Shown piece by piece: positions 1 through 9,379 of a stretch of DNA of 64,000 nucleotides (positions are counted from its first letter, which is position 1; each line of letters opens with the position of its first letter). The stretch lies in the IMG/VR virus record IMGVR_UViG_3300042154_004306, one strand, 5' to 3'. The position numbers and the translations under genes are program-made. This DNA is from a virus (lineage: Duplodnaviria > Heunggongvirae > Uroviricota > Caudoviricetes). The notes below the pieces were generated by a model. It searched no databases. It had not been told where the DNA came from and was given only the letters and a program-made list of their open reading frames with translations.

Positions 1-85
1 TCGAACCTGTAATCTAGCTTAAGAGACGTGATTGGTATCTTTAGTTAGATTACAGGTTCGATTCCTGCTCTGACTACTTAAAAAA
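1..85 (+). other. tRNA-like 3' fragment at window edge (T-loop GGTTCGATTCC) containing a 16-bp inverted repeat (1-16 / 47-62)
   Basis: acaggTTCGATTcctg T-arm-like motif at 52-67. tcgaacctgtaatcta at 1-16 is the exact reverse complement of 47-62. No complete cloverleaf could be built. Confidence 0.3.
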
Positions 86-94
86 TAAAAGACT

Positions 95-442
95 ATGGAA
101 ATAAAGAAAATAACCTACAGAGAGGTTCACGAAGAATTCGCTGAGATTAAACCTGATCTGTTGGATGAATACGCAACCTACTATGGATGTTTTATTAAAG
201 ACGAATTGGTCGGTATTGTATCGTATCTAGACCAGCCTGCCGTAATCTATCTATGCCATGCCTATGTTAAAGAAGAGCATCGACACAAGGGCATATACAA
301 ACTGCTCTGGAACTATCGAGACTCTAAAATAAAAGACTCGGATAAAATGATCTATGCTCACTGTAATGTGGATAGTTTGAAATATTTCATTAATAACGGC
401 TACTCCATCGAGAAAGCCCTCTTTAAGGTGGTAAAGAATTAA
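95..442 (+). CDS. GNAT-family N-acetyltransferase (putative)
   Basis: 115 aa. HRHKGIYKLL fits the Q/RxxGxG/A acetyl-CoA binding motif of the GNAT fold. Confidence 0.45.
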   Translation: MEIKKITYREVHEEFAEIKPDLLDEYATYYGCFIKDELVGIVSYLDQPAVIYLCHAYVKEEHRHKGIYKLLWNYRDSKIKDSDKMIYAHCNVDSLKYFINNGYSIEKALFKVVKN

Positions 443-479
443 GATAAACTGGTCAGGCTGCTGCCGAATAAATAACTCT

Positions 480-983
480 ATGAAGTATATTAAACTATTC
501 GAGGAACTGGAGTCTGACCTCCCTACCCTAAGGGACGTGGTCGACAATAACCCTGACGATTTTGAAGATTTTGAAAGGGCCGCACTTGAAACGGTCGATG
601 CTCTTGATCTTAAACTTGATCCGGATGAACAACGACTTCGGGAGCTTGGCCTAATTGACAAGTATGAGCTATTTGATCGAGTCAAGCTTGTGTTCAATAT
701 TGATGACGTTCCCCACACTGATGTGCCAAGACTCCGGGCCCTGGTGCAGAAGTTTCCAGGCCTTTTCACGGTTTGGTACGGTGAGCTTATCGCCAGCCGC
801 GAAGCGGTTCCCGACAAGGAGATCGATCCGAAAGTTGGCCAGTATCCTTTCAAATGGAGTGGGTCTAAAATTCTATATGATGAAGTAGACGTGACTGTGT
901 GGAAAGACTCGGCTGGTAATACTGCAGTCTATTGGGAGAGCTTACATATTCGGATGTGGTTCATGTTGGGCTCAGCATTATAA
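480..983 (+). CDS. hypothetical protein with CTS-like N-terminal leader MKYIKLFEEL
   Basis: 167 aa ORF. N-terminal decapeptide shared with 13 other ORFs in the window. ATAAATAA motif at 466-474 upstream. Confidence 0.6.
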   Translation: MKYIKLFEELESDLPTLRDVVDNNPDDFEDFERAALETVDALDLKLDPDEQRLRELGLIDKYELFDRVKLVFNIDDVPHTDVPRLRALVQKFPGLFTVWYGELIASREAVPDKEIDPKVGQYPFKWSGSKILYDEVDVTVWKDSAGNTAVYWESLHIRMWFMLGSAL

Positions 984-995
984 AAAAAAACTCAA

Positions 996-1520
996 ATGAA
1001 ATACCTTAAGATATTCGAAGAATTCAATAATTCAGAACTTGCAACCCTACAGGACGTGCTCAATCCGGACCATTTTAGCGTGGTTGCAAGTAGATTTGAG
1101 ATGTATTCAGAGGCCGCGATTGAGACCTGTAAAATGCTTGGCATTGAGCCACCGCCGAATGTTGCCAGACTTCATGAACGTGGCCTTGCTGATCAGCAAC
1201 AACTGCTTGACAGTTTACCACTGGACTCTGTGGTTGAGGTCTTCAATGCACTGGCTCTCGATTACCGGACCGAACCAAGAGTTCGCGAATTCTGCCGTCG
1301 CTTTCCTGGTATACTAGCATACGATCCGAACACCGACGAGTATCGTCGACCTGAGAGTTCGCGAGAGATTGAAGAGATCTTTGTTGAAGATCCAGAATAC
1401 GGGGACGAGGTTAGGGTGGTGCTCTTTGAGGGCGATAACGGACTAATGGCAGTTGAATGGGATAGCCAATACACTATATCCTACTTCATGCTCAGACAGG
1501 ACCTTGAGTCTAATGAATAA
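996..1520 (+). CDS. hypothetical protein with CTS-like leader MKYLKIFEEF
   Basis: 174 aa ORF. Leader family member; tandem with the previous gene. Confidence 0.6.
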   Translation: MKYLKIFEEFNNSELATLQDVLNPDHFSVVASRFEMYSEAAIETCKMLGIEPPPNVARLHERGLADQQQLLDSLPLDSVVEVFNALALDYRTEPRVREFCRRFPGILAYDPNTDEYRRPESSREIEEIFVEDPEYGDEVRVVLFEGDNGLMAVEWDSQYTISYFMLRQDLESNE

Positions 1521-1548
1521 TCTTACAAAAAACACTGAAATCTAAATA

Positions 1549-2598
1549 ATGCCAAACGTAGTAAAGTACAGCGCGACAACCCAGACCGCCGCTCTTAAAA
1601 AGTCAAATTACTGGATAGGCGTCGGCGACGTTGATAAGGGACCAACTTCATCAACCGACTATTGGAACGGAATCACGCCACCTTCTGGAGGCTACACGAT
1701 ATATCTAAATAAAGCAAGCGGAGGCCCATCCATTTACGTTGCGGCAAACGATGCAGCGCTAATAGGTTATACGGCTATGATTTCAGGCACAACCTATGCC
1801 AGTGCGGCACTTGCATTACAGTATTATTACGGCCAAACCGATAAGATGGTAATCGATCGAGACTATGAAGCAGTTAAAACGACTAATCTAGCATTTTCGG
1901 TTGATGCTGCGTTTGCACCTTCATATCCACGTACCGGTACGGTGGTGAATGATATGGGCAGTTCAGTAGTTACTCAAAACCTGACAAACAGCCCAACGTT
2001 TGTTTCATCCGGATCAGCATCATATTGGTCATTTGATGGCTCGAATGACCATCTAACCACCAGCGCATATAATGCAGCATTTTCGATTAATGGTAGTCTA
2101 CCCTATACCGCTGAGGTTTGGTTCTATCCACTTACACCAAGTAGCACAATTCAGTATTATATGGTTTTTGGTAGTTATTCAAGTGTCACCGGCGGTAATC
2201 ATGGTTGGGGTATTAACTTTACTCAAAATCCGGGTTCAGCCGCATCAGGTTACGTTACATGTTATTGCGAAAGGCTTGGTGGTGGAGCAAATATAAATAA
2301 TGCGAATGAGTCCATAACCACAGGTAATTTCTATAATAACTGGCATCAAGTCGTTTATGTATATGACGGTAGCAACGTGTTGATGTATCGTAACGGTTCT
2401 CTAAAGATGACGACCAGCATAACTTTTACCGTAACAAATACATCAGCTAGACTTTCAATCGCGGCAAGACCATCACAAGCAACACCAACCGTATATACTA
2501 AAGTTCGTGTCAATAACGCAAGGTTTTACTCTCGTGCTTTAACCGCAACCGAGATACTAAATAACTTTAATGCACAAAGGGGTAGAGTAGGACTTTAA
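1549..2598 (+). CDS. LamG/concanavalin-A-like lectin domain protein (putative virion or tail fibre protein)
   Basis: 349 aa. SFDGSNDHL ... AEVWFYP ... HQVVYVYDG ... YRNG pattern typical of the Laminin_G_3 jelly-roll. Confidence 0.5.
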   Translation: MPNVVKYSATTQTAALKKSNYWIGVGDVDKGPTSSTDYWNGITPPSGGYTIYLNKASGGPSIYVAANDAALIGYTAMISGTTYASAALALQYYYGQTDKMVIDRDYEAVKTTNLAFSVDAAFAPSYPRTGTVVNDMGSSVVTQNLTNSPTFVSSGSASYWSFDGSNDHLTTSAYNAAFSINGSLPYTAEVWFYPLTPSSTIQYYMVFGSYSSVTGGNHGWGINFTQNPGSAASGYVTCYCERLGGGANINNANESITTGNFYNNWHQVVYVYDGSNVLMYRNGSLKMTTSITFTVTNTSARLSIAARPSQATPTVYTKVRVNNARFYSRALTATEILNNFNAQRGRVGL

Positions 2599-2614
2599 AA
2601 TAATAGAATTTTAA

Positions 2615-2905
2615 ATGGAAAGAACATTCATAGTATTTAACATTTCAGAATTATCAAAGATTAATTTTGAAGAGGTATTAGAGACCAGCTCAGATACAGT
2701 TAGGCTATCACTAAGCGGCACCAAGACCTTTGTTAAATGGGAAGGAACAACGCCTCAATGTATTAAAACATTGACAACATCTGAAGGACCTTATACCTAT
2801 CAAGAAATGCTACAAATATTGGACGGATCTGACTGGAGTGATGGTCCTGGTTTAATAAATAGACAATACTTCAATACTACTACTACTAAAATTGAAGAAT
2901 ATTAA
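2615..2905 (+). CDS. hypothetical protein
   Basis: 96 aa ORF in a compact same-strand gene array. Confidence 0.4.
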   Translation: MERTFIVFNISELSKINFEEVLETSSDTVRLSLSGTKTFVKWEGTTPQCIKTLTTSEGPYTYQEMLQILDGSDWSDGPGLINRQYFNTTTTKIEEY

Positions 2906-3527
2906 TTTGAAATACGTTAAACTATACGAGAACTTCTTTGAGGATATGGAACGCGCAGCGGATCAAGCTCATGAACCGGTGCCTTTCAAGAAGAAGGAGA
3001 AGAAGATTAAACCTGAAGCGGAACCGGAAGAGAAGCCAGTCAAGGTTCAAGAGCCTGCTCAAACCGAACCTGAAGAGGACACGACTAAAACTACGACTGA
3101 CGCACCTGTTGCTGAGGAACCTAAATCTTTTAAAGACTGGTTGGTAACTAAGGTAAAAAAGATAGCGGAGTGCGAAGAGACCGAGCAGAGCGTGAAGTGT
3201 TGGGCAGAACTTGAGAACGAAACCTCATGCCAATGGTCAATCTCAATGGAGGATTATCCAACAGTTGAGGCAAGCTTTAAACTCGGAGAGAACACTGTGT
3301 ATTTGGACAATGATACTGCTGGCGAGATTGCTCGTGAGTATTACACCGGAAAGAGAGAATACGATCCGAAACTTTGGACCGAATGCGTGCTCAAGGTCGG
3401 AACCGAGTTTCCGGACTTCATGAGACGAATGGAGAAGGAGGCAATCAACCGAGCGACCGATCAAGACATTGAGCTCTCAAAGCAGATCGCAGTCAGGTTC
3501 GGCACCCAAAAAACAGGTAAAAAATAA
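2892..3527 (+). CDS. hypothetical lysine/glutamate-rich protein with leader (L)KYVKLYENFFED; the real start is probably the TTG at 2907
   Basis: 211 aa ORF. The conserved leader begins at the second TTG (ttg aaa tac gtt aaa cta tac gag aac ttc). Confidence 0.5.
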   Translation: MKNINLKYVKLYENFFEDMERAADQAHEPVPFKKKEKKIKPEAEPEEKPVKVQEPAQTEPEEDTTKTTTDAPVAEEPKSFKDWLVTKVKKIAECEETEQSVKCWAELENETSCQWSISMEDYPTVEASFKLGENTVYLDNDTAGEIAREYYTGKREYDPKLWTECVLKVGTEFPDFMRRMEKEAINRATDQDIELSKQIAVRFGTQKTGKK

Positions 3528-3537
3528 AAGACCTCAC

Positions 3538-3897
3538 ATGAAAAATTTAAAAGCATTTACTCAATTCATTAATGAAGACCTTACTAAGGATGACAAGGAC
3601 CATCTTAGAAATCTAGGAATAACTAACTATTCTGCACCTTTTGAAGAAAGATATCAGGAGCTACTGAACGACTGGATGTCTGATCCTGAAGTACGTACTG
3701 CGATTGATACCTTAAAGGCCAAGTTTGATGAACTATTTGCACAACAAATAGATGTCAATTCAGATGAGGATTCTAACAAAGTTAATCAAATTAAAGACCG
3801 GCTGTATGATTATAGTATTGACGATATTGGTTGGTTTGAGTATGTTTTTTTTAATGAAGCAGACAATCAATCAAGGCTAAAATACCTAACTCGGTAA
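3538..3897 (+). CDS. hypothetical protein with leader MKNLKAFTQFINED
   Basis: Internal ATG at 3538 of track ORF 3469..3897 restores the family leader. The upstream 69 nt overlap the previous gene. Confidence 0.5.
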   Translation: MKNLKAFTQFINEDLTKDDKDHLRNLGITNYSAPFEERYQELLNDWMSDPEVRTAIDTLKAKFDELFAQQIDVNSDEDSNKVNQIKDRLYDYSIDDIGWFEYVFFNEADNQSRLKYLTR

Positions 3898-3999
3898 ATA
3901 ATTAGTAACTTTAAAGAAAAAAGTTATCTAGGACTGGGCTTCGATAATTCTTAGAGTGTTCGGCTAAAATAAATAAACCTGAAATAAATTACTCAATAA

Positions 4000-4884
4000 A
4001 TGCCAAAATACATAAAATTATTTGAATCGTTCATTAGCGAAGGCGCCAATGATCCAATGACAAAGTTTGCAGATACGGGCAAAGTTAAATGGACTGATTA
4101 TCTACAACTCTTTAAATTGTCTAATAAAAAACTTGGCAAAATGATGGCCATAACTAATGCTGCACAGATAGCAAAAACCGGCAGTAATATAGTTGCAATG
4201 TTAACAATCTCAGATAATACAGTCAATTCTAAATTAAAAGCGATCGGCGGAACTGCAGTAGTTGAGCAGTCTGGGAAACTATCTGCATTGCCTAACGGAG
4301 AGCCGGATTATGTTTTTTCAGCCAGATACGGATTCAAAGTAACTGAACAGGACGGGGCTGCAAAGCTCGATGCAATCTCTGATATTTTAGATGGAGTCAA
4401 TTCTACTGGCTCAGCCGGTTCAGCTGGGAAAGCTGGGACTTCGGGTTCAGCTGGTACTGCCGCTGATAAAATGTTCGGAGCAGCGGCGTCTGCTGGTTTC
4501 GATAAAGCAATGCAAGCGGCTGGTGTACAACAGGTCGCTGCCTACTTACGAATGATAAACGATCCAGCCTTACAGGCAGCCGCTGGCCAAGATGCTACAA
4601 TCAAGACTCTACTTGATGCTCAGGCCTCTGCCGCTACTCCAGCAGAAAAGGACACTAAAGAAAAGGAAATTGAACCCAAGGTTAAAGCCGCACTAACTGC
4701 AAAATTAGTCCAAGCTCAATCTGAATATAGAGCAACTCAAGATCTAAATTTACAGAAGCAGGCCCAAGACAAAGCCATGCAATTGGATTCTTTACTAAAA
4801 AACTATAAGCCGCAGTTCGGTGCAGCCCTTAATGTGGGTTCTGCTGGAACTTCAGGATCGGCTGGTACTGCTGCCAAAAAATAA
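4000..4884 (+). CDS. hypothetical protein with leader MPKYIKLFESF; Gly/Ser/Ala-rich repeats
   Basis: 294 aa. Repeated GSAGSAGKAGTSGSAGTAA near the centre and at the C-terminus. AAAATAAATAAA at 3966-3977 upstream. Confidence 0.6.
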   Translation: MPKYIKLFESFISEGANDPMTKFADTGKVKWTDYLQLFKLSNKKLGKMMAITNAAQIAKTGSNIVAMLTISDNTVNSKLKAIGGTAVVEQSGKLSALPNGEPDYVFSARYGFKVTEQDGAAKLDAISDILDGVNSTGSAGSAGKAGTSGSAGTAADKMFGAAASAGFDKAMQAAGVQQVAAYLRMINDPALQAAAGQDATIKTLLDAQASAATPAEKDTKEKEIEPKVKAALTAKLVQAQSEYRATQDLNLQKQAQDKAMQLDSLLKNYKPQFGAALNVGSAGTSGSAGTAAKK

Positions 4885-4893
4885 TAGTAAAGT

Positions 4894-6066
4894 TTGAAAT
4901 ACATAAAATTATTTGAAGAACAAGCGATTGACCTATTAATGGCCGAGTTAGAAGATCTTGAGAGATTAAGGGAAATAGGGCTCGTCGATGATCCTGATTA
5001 CGCTGAGCAAAAGTCTCTTATTGAACTTAAGCTACGTAAGCATGCAAAAGACGAGTTAACGACCAATTCGCAACATACCATTTATTCAAAAGAATGGTTT
5101 GAAGATCTTAGAAAGAAATCTGAATTCAGATGGCTGATTAAAGTTGTTGATTCTCCGGAATATGCAGCCCTAGTTGCAAAAGACGTTTTTCTATCATCAT
5201 CCGTTACTCAACTACTCAATCACACACTAGTCTTTTCAAAGAGGGTTAATCGAAATGTTAAGACCGACTTTGCGATAGGGTTCTTTGCAAATGTTAATGT
5301 GGTAAAACGGATCTTTCCTAAAACTGGCTACCGGGACATGAATCTGCAAATGAAAAGGTTTGACGCCAGTTTATCAGAGATAGATTTCTTCAAGCAGGCA
5401 ATGGCATGGGTATCAGAGACTTTAGATTTTTCAGAAAGATGGTTTCCAGCTAAGAGAACGGTTGCTTTGGCTAAAACGACGAGCGATGATCAAACTAGGT
5501 TGATGGACTTAATTACTAAACTTGTTCAAGAGGACATGTCTAAAATTAGCGCAAGCGAATCTCAAAAAACAATAAGATCTCTTTATCATACTATGGGCGG
5601 CCAATTTGAGGCAGCCGTCCGTAAAAATGCAATTAAGAACCTAATAAATTATTTCGAAAATGGTTCATGTACGATAGTGTTTAACAGTAACCAAACTTAC
5701 ACACACGACATGATAACTGTTCTATCTAAATCTGGAATATCAATTTCACACGATGGTGCAGGTCAATACCAATTTGAAGGTCAAATTACAAACCTTGATA
5801 ACTTTAACTTTCTGCCAGTTAAAGATCCAAAAGCACGATCAATTTCAATCTTGCAAAATCCAAATCAATCTCGTGAGATTTGTTTTGAAAGCCTGGAAGT
5901 GGTGCTTGCTAAATTAGCCAGCGTAGGAATAAAATCAACTGGGTACATTTCAATCTACGGTGGATCATTATTTTCGGCTGACGAAAACGAGAGAGTTAAG
6001 AGAATTTCCAATCGACACGGAATCGATTACTTATATGCTGACACAAGATTCAGTTGGCGAGATTAA
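4894..6066 (+). CDS. hypothetical protein with leader (TTG start) MKYIKLFEEQ
   Basis: 390 aa. TTG start codon at 4894 reproduces the conserved leader exactly. Confidence 0.6.
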   Translation: MKYIKLFEEQAIDLLMAELEDLERLREIGLVDDPDYAEQKSLIELKLRKHAKDELTTNSQHTIYSKEWFEDLRKKSEFRWLIKVVDSPEYAALVAKDVFLSSSVTQLLNHTLVFSKRVNRNVKTDFAIGFFANVNVVKRIFPKTGYRDMNLQMKRFDASLSEIDFFKQAMAWVSETLDFSERWFPAKRTVALAKTTSDDQTRLMDLITKLVQEDMSKISASESQKTIRSLYHTMGGQFEAAVRKNAIKNLINYFENGSCTIVFNSNQTYTHDMITVLSKSGISISHDGAGQYQFEGQITNLDNFNFLPVKDPKARSISILQNPNQSREICFESLEVVLAKLASVGIKSTGYISIYGGSLFSADENERVKRISNRHGIDYLYADTRFSWRD

Positions 6067-6105
6067 TCCTAACCTTTTACTCTCGATTTAGTATAATAAA
6101 CCAGT

Positions 6106-6708
6106 ATGGTCAACAATACTGAGCAGATCAGATCAATGTTACAATTTGATTCTGAAGATACTTTCTACTTTTTACAGATTTTTAAGAGACGTAAGGATAA
6201 TCCTAACATGGCAAAGGACATGATTGTTCTTGCGAATTACTGTGTCAAATCATTAGACCATTTTGACAAGCTTGTGCCCGATGTAGTCAAGCAGTGTCAA
6301 GACAATAGTGCTAGAGCCTATTTCAGACTCAATCGCCGAAGCTATCGTAAGACCTCACTCGAAGCTTTGAAGATGATTGCCGGTTACATAGCGGAAGGCA
6401 ATTACCGGGCAGTAAGAAATGCATTCGACTCAGCCGCTGGTACCCATCATTCAGAGCCGGACAAGACCTGGATAATTGATATTGACTACCTGGATATTGA
6501 AGGAGATCATGATCAGACCATCAATGAAGTAATCCACTCAGTACAAACCCTAATCTCTGAAACTGATAGAGACGATACGGTGTGGACCGTCAATAGCAAG
6601 AACGGAATTCATCTGATCTGCCGACCATTCAATCTTCAGAAATTTAAAAGCCTATATCCAAAAATAGACGTTCATAAAGATAATCCAACAATTTTATATG
6701 CAAACTAA
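6106..6708 (+). CDS. hypothetical protein
   Basis: 200 aa ORF. Confidence 0.45.
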   Translation: MVNNTEQIRSMLQFDSEDTFYFLQIFKRRKDNPNMAKDMIVLANYCVKSLDHFDKLVPDVVKQCQDNSARAYFRLNRRSYRKTSLEALKMIAGYIAEGNYRAVRNAFDSAAGTHHSEPDKTWIIDIDYLDIEGDHDQTINEVIHSVQTLISETDRDDTVWTVNSKNGIHLICRPFNLQKFKSLYPKIDVHKDNPTILYAN

Positions 6709-6898
6709 TTTATTACACGACCTAGCAACCTACTTAATACTTGGCCTCATTTGGGGAGCATTCATTGAGTACATTGAATATAGACAAGCAAATCGACAAA
6801 TTCCTAAAACTCTAATCGCTAGAGTAGTCGTCATCCTAACTTGGCCAATAACAGTATTCATAATGCTATTGGGAATGATCCGAAATTTATTAACCTGA
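6698..6898 (+). CDS. small membrane protein (2 predicted TM helices)
   Basis: 66 aa, hydrophobic segments LATYLILGLIWGAFI and VVVILTWPITVFIMLLGMI. Confidence 0.35.
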   Translation: MQTNLLHDLATYLILGLIWGAFIEYIEYRQANRQIPKTLIARVVVILTWPITVFIMLLGMIRNLLT

Positions 6899-6909
6899 AA
6901 ATAAGAAAT

Positions 6910-7119
6910 ATGTCAAAAACAATAATCGTACACGAAAGATTTAGAACCAACGAGCTAAGTCTTAGACCCGGCGGATACTCAGTGACCGTTGTTTATTCAA
7001 ATGGAATTCAGAGAGTTTATACCAACGTAAAGAATCCAAAAGCCTACATCAATTCTATCATGAAGGATGAGGCCATCGTTAAGACCCTAGTTGACGGCGA
7101 CGTTTACTGGACTCGATAA
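6910..7119 (+). CDS. hypothetical protein (start at internal ATG MSKTIIVHERF)
   Basis: ORF 6841..7119 trimmed to the ATG at 6910, preceded by aagaaata. This avoids overlap with the membrane ORF. Confidence 0.4.
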   Translation: MSKTIIVHERFRTNELSLRPGGYSVTVVYSNGIQRVYTNVKNPKAYINSIMKDEAIVKTLVDGDVYWTR

Positions 7120-7153
7120 ATATTTAGAAAACCAAAAATAGATTACTACAAAG

Positions 7154-7972
7154 ATGACAGTAAGTTTCGTTTGCACAACGTATCGCCGATACCGCTGTGT
7201 TGAGAGAATCATAGAACAATTCATTCAACAGGATTATCCGCATAAGGAATTAATTATCTTCAACACCGACATTGAGAATCCATTGAGCATTGATCCTGAC
7301 CTGATTGCCTTAAACATAAAGTTTTTCAATAATGATACTGACTATGTGACTGGCGAATCATACACTAATCGTGGAGCCATTTGCAGAGATGCAGTAACTC
7401 ATGCAACCGGTGAGTACTTCATGTTAGCGGATGATGATGATGCTTACTTGCCTTGGCATATTCGCCAAGCAGTTGATGGAATCTCTGCAAACTGCAAGGA
7501 TGCATGGAAGCCTGAAAAAAGCATCTTCGCGACTCCACATAAAGTTGAACTTACTCGAAATACGCTAGAGGCATCAGTAATCGTAAAGATGAATCGTATT
7601 AGAGAAATCGGGTTTAGGGATGATATGACAGGTTACGAGGGTTTAAGCTGGTACACCAAGCTTAGGGATGAGAACCACTTGGACGAACACTTTACCCACT
7701 ATATCCCATCTTATTGTTTTAACTGGTCAGATCCTTTAGACATGGCAGGTCACAAGCAGTCAGGCGATATTAATAATCCATCTAACTTTGACAATCACAA
7801 GGTTGCATCTACCGATGTTTCAGCAAAACCCTTGAATCGTTGCGGTCAGTCCGTGATCGAGCCTTTCTATAACAGGTTCTACCAATTCCTATCTGATACT
7901 AAAACCGACTACGATCCAGAACTATGGGCAAAATACGTAAGCCCATACGCCCAGGAGAGATTAGAGGCTTAG
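7154..7972 (+). CDS. family 2 glycosyltransferase (GT-A fold)
   Basis: 272 aa. N-terminal VSFVCTTYRRYRC...ELIIFNTD and acidic FMLADDDDAYLP (DxD-type) motif. Confidence 0.6.
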   Translation: MTVSFVCTTYRRYRCVERIIEQFIQQDYPHKELIIFNTDIENPLSIDPDLIALNIKFFNNDTDYVTGESYTNRGAICRDAVTHATGEYFMLADDDDAYLPWHIRQAVDGISANCKDAWKPEKSIFATPHKVELTRNTLEASVIVKMNRIREIGFRDDMTGYEGLSWYTKLRDENHLDEHFTHYIPSYCFNWSDPLDMAGHKQSGDINNPSNFDNHKVASTDVSAKPLNRCGQSVIEPFYNRFYQFLSDTKTDYDPELWAKYVSPYAQERLEA

Positions 7973-7985
7973 ATAAATAATCCAG

Positions 7986-9143
7986 ATGAAACTGTTTAAA
8001 TTCACCGAATTCATAAATGAGGGCCAATTCTACCAAGATCAATTGAATCCAATGGTCTGGGATGGAGAAGACCTTAACTCTGAGCTCAGAACCAAGCTTC
8101 TGCAAATTGCTCATGACTTCTATGAGGACCTAAAGGTTAGTGCTCCAATTGAAGATATTCAACTTACTGGATCCCTAGCTAATTATAACTGGACAAAGTA
8201 CTCTGACTTTGACGTGCATATTATCATGGATCTTTCCAAGATAAACAAGGACGTTGAGCTCGTGAAGATTGCAATGGAAGGTTTAAAGACCGTGTGGAAT
8301 CAACGCCATCCAGTAAATATTGAAGGATACGATGTTGAACTGTACGCACAGGACGTAAATCAATTACATTTGGCATCAGGTCTCTATTCTCTACTAAAGG
8401 GAGAATGGCTTAGAAAACCTGCGTATAATCCGCCTAGTGTTGATCCAAAAGACGTTCAGCTAAAATCTGACCATTACATCTATGCAATCAAGCAAATGAT
8501 TGACGAGATTCAAGAGGCTGGCCCGGAAGAGGCTCGTGATATTATGGAACGTGCCTCCGTTCTAAAGAAAAAGATCTCAAGATCAAGAGACGAACAGCTT
8601 GCGAATAAGGGCGGAGAGTTCTCGGTTGAGAATCTAGTATTTAAGAGATTACGTAATGAAGGCTGGATCGGAAAGTTAATTGACCTAAAGTCTCAAGCCT
8701 ATTCACATATTTATTCTGAACCCTCAAATGCAGTTGACTCTAAGTTCTCTACTGAAACTGATGTAGTAGACGAATCCGTTTCTTTCGGTAAGGGTAATAC
8801 GGTTGTTGTCATGGGTCCCAATGTTGAGGGAGGTCGCAGACTTTTCGTATTCTATATTGATTGGGCTAGAGAAGTTGAAAGAGCTGGTCGTTTGGTGCAA
8901 ATGGTTGGACTAGCTTCACCGATGATGATTCGTCAGGAGAATGGAAATCTGATTGCAAAACCGGTAATGTTCGATCCTCAAACTCTACAGAAATACGCTG
9001 GCCTTAGCGATTACCAAGTTGTTCTAAATTCAAAAACCAAAACTCCATTCTGGTTCGAGACCGTTAAGTTCTCAAATCATATCCCAATGCTTAGAGCATT
9101 AAGCAACCAGTTAATGGGAATTCCTGGAGTTAAGATACCTTAA
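7986..9143 (+). CDS. hypothetical protein with leader MKLFKFTEFINEGQ
   Basis: 385 aa. Leader family; ATAAATAA at 7973-7980. Confidence 0.6.
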   Translation: MKLFKFTEFINEGQFYQDQLNPMVWDGEDLNSELRTKLLQIAHDFYEDLKVSAPIEDIQLTGSLANYNWTKYSDFDVHIIMDLSKINKDVELVKIAMEGLKTVWNQRHPVNIEGYDVELYAQDVNQLHLASGLYSLLKGEWLRKPAYNPPSVDPKDVQLKSDHYIYAIKQMIDEIQEAGPEEARDIMERASVLKKKISRSRDEQLANKGGEFSVENLVFKRLRNEGWIGKLIDLKSQAYSHIYSEPSNAVDSKFSTETDVVDESVSFGKGNTVVVMGPNVEGGRRLFVFYIDWAREVERAGRLVQMVGLASPMMIRQENGNLIAKPVMFDPQTLQKYAGLSDYQVVLNSKTKTPFWFETVKFSNHIPMLRALSNQLMGIPGVKIP

Positions 9144-9163
9144 TTTTATAGTATAATAACATT

Positions 9164-9379
9164 ATGCGAAAACTATTTTTAACGCTAATTTTATTAGCAG
9201 TAATCGGTGTATCCCATGCACAAATCGTCATTGACCAGGCTGTGGATAATTGGAGAGCCAAAGTCGATTCAGCAATTTCTCTAATCAAGACCTCCCCTAG
9301 TTTTTACTACACTGGACTAAAAACTTTTTATATAAAATCAGATACAATAGAAACTATATGGCATCTACTAAAGAAATAG
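9164..9379 (+). CDS. small secreted protein (signal peptide)
   Basis: 71 aa, N-terminal LFLTLILLAVIGVSHAQ. Confidence 0.35.
   Translation: MRKLFLTLILLAVIGVSHAQIVIDQAVDNWRAKVDSAISLIKTSPSFYYTGLKTFYIKSDTIETIWHLLKK

Noticed and set aside
251-853. 200-aa minus-strand ORF overlapping two plus-strand genes
   Set aside because: Ser/Arg-rich low-complexity translation, antisense to the confidently coding ORFs 95..442 and 480..983. Typical shadow ORF.
1039-3464. Nested alternative-frame ORFs (1039..1317, 1262..1474-, 2072..2296, 2938..3147, 3211..3423, 3243..3464-)
   Set aside because: Fully contained within longer same-region ORFs that carry recognisable motifs. Compositions look like frame-shifted translations (Arg/Leu/Ser-rich).
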